Below, piece by piece: positions 53,555 to 56,479 of a stretch of 56,479 nucleotides of DNA. The position numbers were made by a program, and so were the translations under genes. Source of the DNA: a virus (taxonomy: Duplodnaviria; Caudoviricetes); IMG/VR virus record IMGVR_UViG_3300044730_001415, positions 1-56,479 of that record, one strand, 5' to 3'. The notes beneath the pieces are model-generated. The model saw nothing but the letters and a program-made list of their open reading frames with translations. It was not told the origin of the DNA and searched no databases. Within the stretch, counting starts at the first letter, position 1. Every line of letters begins with the position of its first letter.

Positions 53555-53581
53555 AAACCTGAGCATGTTTTAAAACTGCTC
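53555..53581 (+). other. 27-nt H-type pseudoknot motif
   Basis: AAAC-CTGAGCAT-GTTT-TAAAAC-TGCTC, 4 nt before tRNA-Ile. Confidence 0.7.
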
Positions 53582-53585
53582 GCCC

Positions 53586-53659
53586 ATCCCCATAGCTCAG
53601 TTGGTTAGAGCAGCATCCTTATAAGATGCAGGTCACGGGTTCAAGCCCCGTTGGGGATA
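53586..53659 (+). tRNA. tRNA-Ile(UAU)
   Basis: ATCCCCA/TGGGGAT acceptor; GCATC-CTTATAA-GATGC; ACGGG-TTCAAGC-CCCGT. Confidence 0.88.
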
Positions 53660-53663
53660 CTGA

Positions 53664-53734
53664 AAGTAAAAATCGTGGGTGCTACGTCGACGAGACCGTA
53701 CAGTCTGGTAAAAAACAGTCAGGCCACCCACACA
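53664..53734 (+). repeat. 71-bp direct repeat copy 1 (three-way-junction RNA candidate)
   Basis: Two differences from 54198-54268; GTGGGTG/CACCCAC closing stem. Confidence 0.85.
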
Positions 53735-53752
53735 TTCAAAAAGGAGAAAACA

Positions 53753-54199
53753 ATGAAGCTTAACGTGTTCAAGTACATCAAAGAAGTTCTTGATGAGAAC
53801 CACGACGATGGTACCATCGTAGAAAACGTAGAAAAGCTCGAGAGTTCGGTAATTGGTCGCCGGATTGTTTCTGCAGAACGCCAACAGATCAAATCGCGGG
53901 GTTCTTACTGGAGAACAGGATCAACAGTCTTTGTGATCACTCTTGATAATGGCGATCAAGTGCAGTTATTTGATACAGCAGATTGCTGCGCATACACGAC
54001 TCTTGAAAACTTTCTTCTTCACCCGCAAAGCGTTGACCACGTCATTCTTGGTGTTGGTACGACCGAAAAGTACACGACTTGGCATATCTATGCTGATTTT
54101 GGTGACATTCTTGCGCTTGAGGTTGATTGGTCTTGCGGTAATCCGTTTTACTACGGTTACGGCTTTGACATCAACGTTGTGAGTACGTCGTTCAGTTAA
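53753..54199 (+). CDS. hypothetical protein
   Basis: AAGGAG RBS before ATG 53753; DCCA...NPFYYGYGF; flanked by the direct repeats. Confidence 0.75.
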   Translation: MKLNVFKYIKEVLDENHDDGTIVENVEKLESSVIGRRIVSAERQQIKSRGSYWRTGSTVFVITLDNGDQVQLFDTADCCAYTTLENFLLHPQSVDHVILGVGTTEKYTTWHIYADFGDILALEVDWSCGNPFYYGYGFDINVVSTSFS

Positions 54200-54268
54200 G
54201 TAAAGATCGTGGGTGCTACGTCGACGAGACCGTACAGTCTGGTAAAAAACAGTCAGACCACCCACACA
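54198..54268 (+). repeat. 71-bp direct repeat copy 2
   Basis: Matches 53664-53734 at 69 of 71 positions. Confidence 0.85.
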
Positions 54269-54349
54269 AATATGGGGACAGTCCAAGAACCGTTAACACG
54301 CTTGCCGCGGAGGTGAGGATTGGTAGATGTATATACCTAACCCATATTT

Positions 54350-54422
54350 GCCGGATTAGCTCAGTTGGTAGAGCACCGCACTTGTAATGCGGTTGTCGCA
54401 GGTTCAATTCCTGCATCCGGCT
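54350..54422 (+). tRNA. tRNA-Thr(UGU)
   Basis: GCCGGAT/ATCCGGC acceptor; CCGCA-CTTGTAA-TGCGG; GCAGG-TTCAATT-CCTGC. Confidence 0.93.
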
Positions 54423-54444
54423 CTCAATTAGTAAAAGGAGAAAG

Positions 54445-54738
54445 ATGACAGAAATTAATTACGAAGAATACAACACCCGACGCGATGAGTTCTTCCATAG
54501 ACTCGAGTCGCTTTTGGCGGAATACCCAGACGTGATGACAAAACCAACGGTTGGGGATCATGAATACGATTGCGAATGTGATTACAACCCAGACGCTCCC
54601 AAAATGATCAGTGGTATGGTGATGATTGTTACCACTCGTGATGCTAACGATTGGGAGCAATTGTTTTGGGAAAAACCAAGTGGGCAATCATATTTCCACA
54701 CAATCGGAATGGTTCGAGAAGTTCTCGATTCAATGTGA
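54445..54738 (+). CDS. hypothetical protein
   Basis: AAGGAG RBS, 97 aa. Confidence 0.7.
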   Translation: MTEINYEEYNTRRDEFFHRLESLLAEYPDVMTKPTVGDHEYDCECDYNPDAPKMISGMVMIVTTRDANDWEQLFWEKPSGQSYFHTIGMVREVLDSM

Positions 54739-54753
54739 CTAACAAGGAGAGCA

Positions 54754-54891
54754 ATGAGCGTTCAAAAAGAGCGTGAAGCTGTTTTAAAAATTGGTTTGTT
54801 TCCCAACCAATGGAAAGAAAAAGTCAACAAAATGCCAGACAACCAAGTCTTGGCTATTTACCTTCGACTGAAGAGTCAGGGTAAACTTTAG
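54754..54891 (+). CDS. small conserved phage protein (45 aa, not in ORF track)
   Basis: AAGGAG RBS; W.EKV.KMPDNQV.AIY.RL. Confidence 0.65.
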   Translation: MSVQKEREAVLKIGLFPNQWKEKVNKMPDNQVLAIYLRLKSQGKL

Positions 54892-54899
54892 CCAAAAAT

Positions 54900-55037
54900 C
54901 TTCCACATTAATGTTTTGCCAGAGGTCTTGGTGTGGAAGCAATAAAACTTCTGGAGCGTACTAGGTCAAATCCTGAACCCCCCTTTCAAGGATTCCTGGA
55001 AATGTACGTGAGCTAGGGGATAAACCTAAGCCCTAGC
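54900..55037 (+). ncRNA. candidate pseudoknotted RNA upstream of tRNA-Leu
   Basis: CTTCCACATTAA/TTGGTGTGGAAG with loop CCAGAGGT pairing ACTTCTGG; CGTAC/GTACG; AATCCT/AGGATT; GCTAGGG/CCCTAGC. Confidence 0.5.
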
Positions 55038-55046
55038 ACCACACAA

Positions 55047-55129
55047 GCCTGGCTGGCGAAATGGCAGACGCAGGGGACTTAAAATCCCTCGATCATGTGA
55101 TCATCCGGGTTCGAGTCCCGGGCTAGGCA
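55047..55129 (+). tRNA. tRNA-Leu(UAA)
   Basis: GCCTGGC/GCTAGGC acceptor; loop CTTAAAA; long variable arm GATCA/TGATC; CCGGG-TTCGAGT-CCCGG. Confidence 0.92.
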
Positions 55130-55153
55130 CTGGCACTAATCACAAGGAGAAAT

Positions 55154-55192
55154 AAAAGCCTCTAGCGCCTCAAACAAGTGCTATGCTTTTTT
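55154..55192 (+). terminator. variant of the repeated terminator hairpin
   Basis: AAAAGC..TAGCGC-CTCAAACAA-GTGCTA.GCTTTTTT. Confidence 0.6.
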
Positions 55193-55211
55193 CTATTTTA
55201 AAGGAGAGATA

Positions 55212-55433
55212 ATGACCAAAGAATACACAACCGTGGAGTCCGCGCCTTGCATGGCGTGTAAGAAAATTAGAAAATACACAGTCGAAACCAAACAGGCCGA
55301 CGCCTGGCGAAAGGGTAAACGACCCTCGTTCGCGTTTCCGCATTTAACCGCGATGGAGATCGAATCTTTGATAAGCGGCGTGTGTAGCGATAAGTGTTGG
55401 GATAGTTTGTTTAACGACGATCAAAAAGACTAA
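55212..55433 (+). CDS. small Zn-finger-like protein
   Basis: CMAC...AFPHL...E.E.LISGVC...CWD. Confidence 0.7.
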   Translation: MTKEYTTVESAPCMACKKIRKYTVETKQADAWRKGKRPSFAFPHLTAMEIESLISGVCSDKCWDSLFNDDQKD

Positions 55434-55441
55434 GGAGAATA

Positions 55442-55600
55442 ATGAACCAGATCAACCCAGACAAGCTTGACTATGAGGTGTATAGCGCAACAAACAAAAT
55501 ACGCGCAATGACCAATCAAGCACGTAGAAATTTGAACCTGCCAGAAAAGACATACCCACTTGTCCTCCTTGGAGTTCCTGAAACCGGGGAGACATACTAA
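55442..55600 (+). CDS. hypothetical protein (52 aa, not in ORF track)
   Basis: AAGGAG RBS; stop overlaps the next ATG. Confidence 0.55.
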   Translation: MNQINPDKLDYEVYSATNKIRAMTNQARRNLNLPEKTYPLVLLGVPETGETY

Positions 55601-55782
55601 TGCCTACGTATGTCATTTTCTCAACTGGTTATGGCAGAGAAACCCTAATACTAAAGCTTTCGCCAAACAAACAATACTACAACAAATTTGTTGTATGCGA
55701 TAATTTTGTTGACGCTTCGGGCGTCTTAAGGGCTCTACTTGAATTCGAAAATAAGGAGGAAGATAATGAAACGTCAGTGTAA
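55600..55782 (+). CDS. hypothetical protein
   Basis: Translationally coupled 60-aa ORF. Confidence 0.55.
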   Translation: MPTYVIFSTGYGRETLILKLSPNKQYYNKFVVCDNFVDASGVLRALLEFENKEEDNETSV

Positions 55783-55996
55783 TTCCTTCCAATGGATTGG
55801 GCAGCCGATCACTTCGTGCGATGGCTGCGGGAAGCCAGCATGGGACCACGACTACCGAGAGGTCGCCGTTGTTGACTCCGTGCGCGTCGATGCCCCGTGG
55901 GCTTATTGGGTCGTTGGTGATTGGCTGCAACATGGGGTTATCAACCAAAAGCGGGCCGTCTTCTTGGTGGAATTGAAGGTGCGCAGTGAGCAGTGA
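55766..55996 (+). CDS. small Cys/His protein
   Basis: AGGAGG RBS; C..FQW.GQ....CDGCG.PAW.H. Confidence 0.6.
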   Translation: MKRQCNSFQWIGQPITSCDGCGKPAWDHDYREVAVVDSVRVDAPWAYWVVGDWLQHGVINQKRAVFLVELKVRSEQ

Positions 55997-56327
55997 ACCA
56001 ATGAAGTTTCGCAAGAAGCCAGTCGTCATTGAGGCGATGCAGTGGACAGGCACCAACATGCCAGAACTCATTGAGTTCATCGGTGAGCATCCACCCACTG
56101 ATGTCCTTGGCTTTTTCATTCACACCCTGGAAGGGCAGATGTTTGCCAGCCCTGGCGACTGGATCATCAAGGGTGTGGCGGGCGAGTTCTACCCGTGCAA
56201 GCCCGACATCTTTGCGGCGACCTACGAGCGAGTTGGAGGCCTGTCGCGATTGGTTGAGACACCTGTCCCTGTCGTCAAACTCGATCCCGGATACCTTGAA
56301 GTAAGGGAGGCACGTCGTGAGCGGTGA
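55986..56327 (+). CDS. widespread small phage protein (KKPVVIEA...TLEG...YPCKPDIF family)
   Basis: [14 protein letters not shown]...[32 protein letters not shown]. Confidence 0.75.
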   Translation: MSSEPMKFRKKPVVIEAMQWTGTNMPELIEFIGEHPPTDVLGFFIHTLEGQMFASPGDWIIKGVAGEFYPCKPDIFAATYERVGGLSRLVETPVPVVKLDPGYLEVREARRER

Positions 56328-56479
56328 TCGTATGACATGCATGTTGTGCGGAAGATCCAAAGCATGGCCCGATGGCTACCCGAGCTTGGTTTATGCTGAG
56401 TGCTGGAAATGCTGTTGGGATCGACACAACCGCGAAGAACATCCACCAAAAAAGCGTTGGCGACTTCGTTCCCCAATCT

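Noticed and set aside
53675-53731. Hammerhead or theta (HDV-like) ribozyme after tRNA-Ile
   Set aside because: No CUGAnGA/GAAA core on either strand and no nested double pseudoknot.
54285-54320. Twister ribozyme (TAACAC...GGAGG resemblance)
   Set aside because: No P4 stem-loop or second pseudoknot, and the P2 pairing is imperfect.
1-56479. Temperate lifestyle or diversity-generating retroelement
   Set aside because: No integrase, repressor, partition genes, reverse transcriptase or TR/VR pair is recognisable in the window.

Overview
This window holds most of a lytic, long-tailed (siphovirus-type) actinobacteriophage genome, with essentially all credible genes on the + strand. A WhiB and a DUF3039-like gene point to an actinobacterial host; no integrase or repressor is visible. 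From recall, the architecture resembles the ReqiPepy6 / Arthrobacter AM-AU / Streptomyces BI / Gordonia DJ supergroup, circularly permuted around a probable cos site near 10867. Layout: an array of promoter-small gene-terminator cassettes (1.6-3.8 kb); helicase, a probable origin and nucleases; a 914-aa protein with DFDGD and YonO/cellular-RdRP-like motifs (probable single-subunit RNA polymerase); packaging, lysis, head and tail genes (10.9-38.8 kb); early/replication genes including a 1242-aa helicase-primase-polymerase fusion; and an RNA-dense region (51.4-55.2 kb). That last region contains two tandem pistol-type ribozymes with structured inserts, a ~390-nt multi-pseudoknot RNA displaying an anti-Shine-Dalgarno loop, a tRNA-like element, repeated unknown RNA motifs and four tRNAs that all read A-ending codons. 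All calls come from reading motifs and base pairing by eye; no database searches or folding programs were run.
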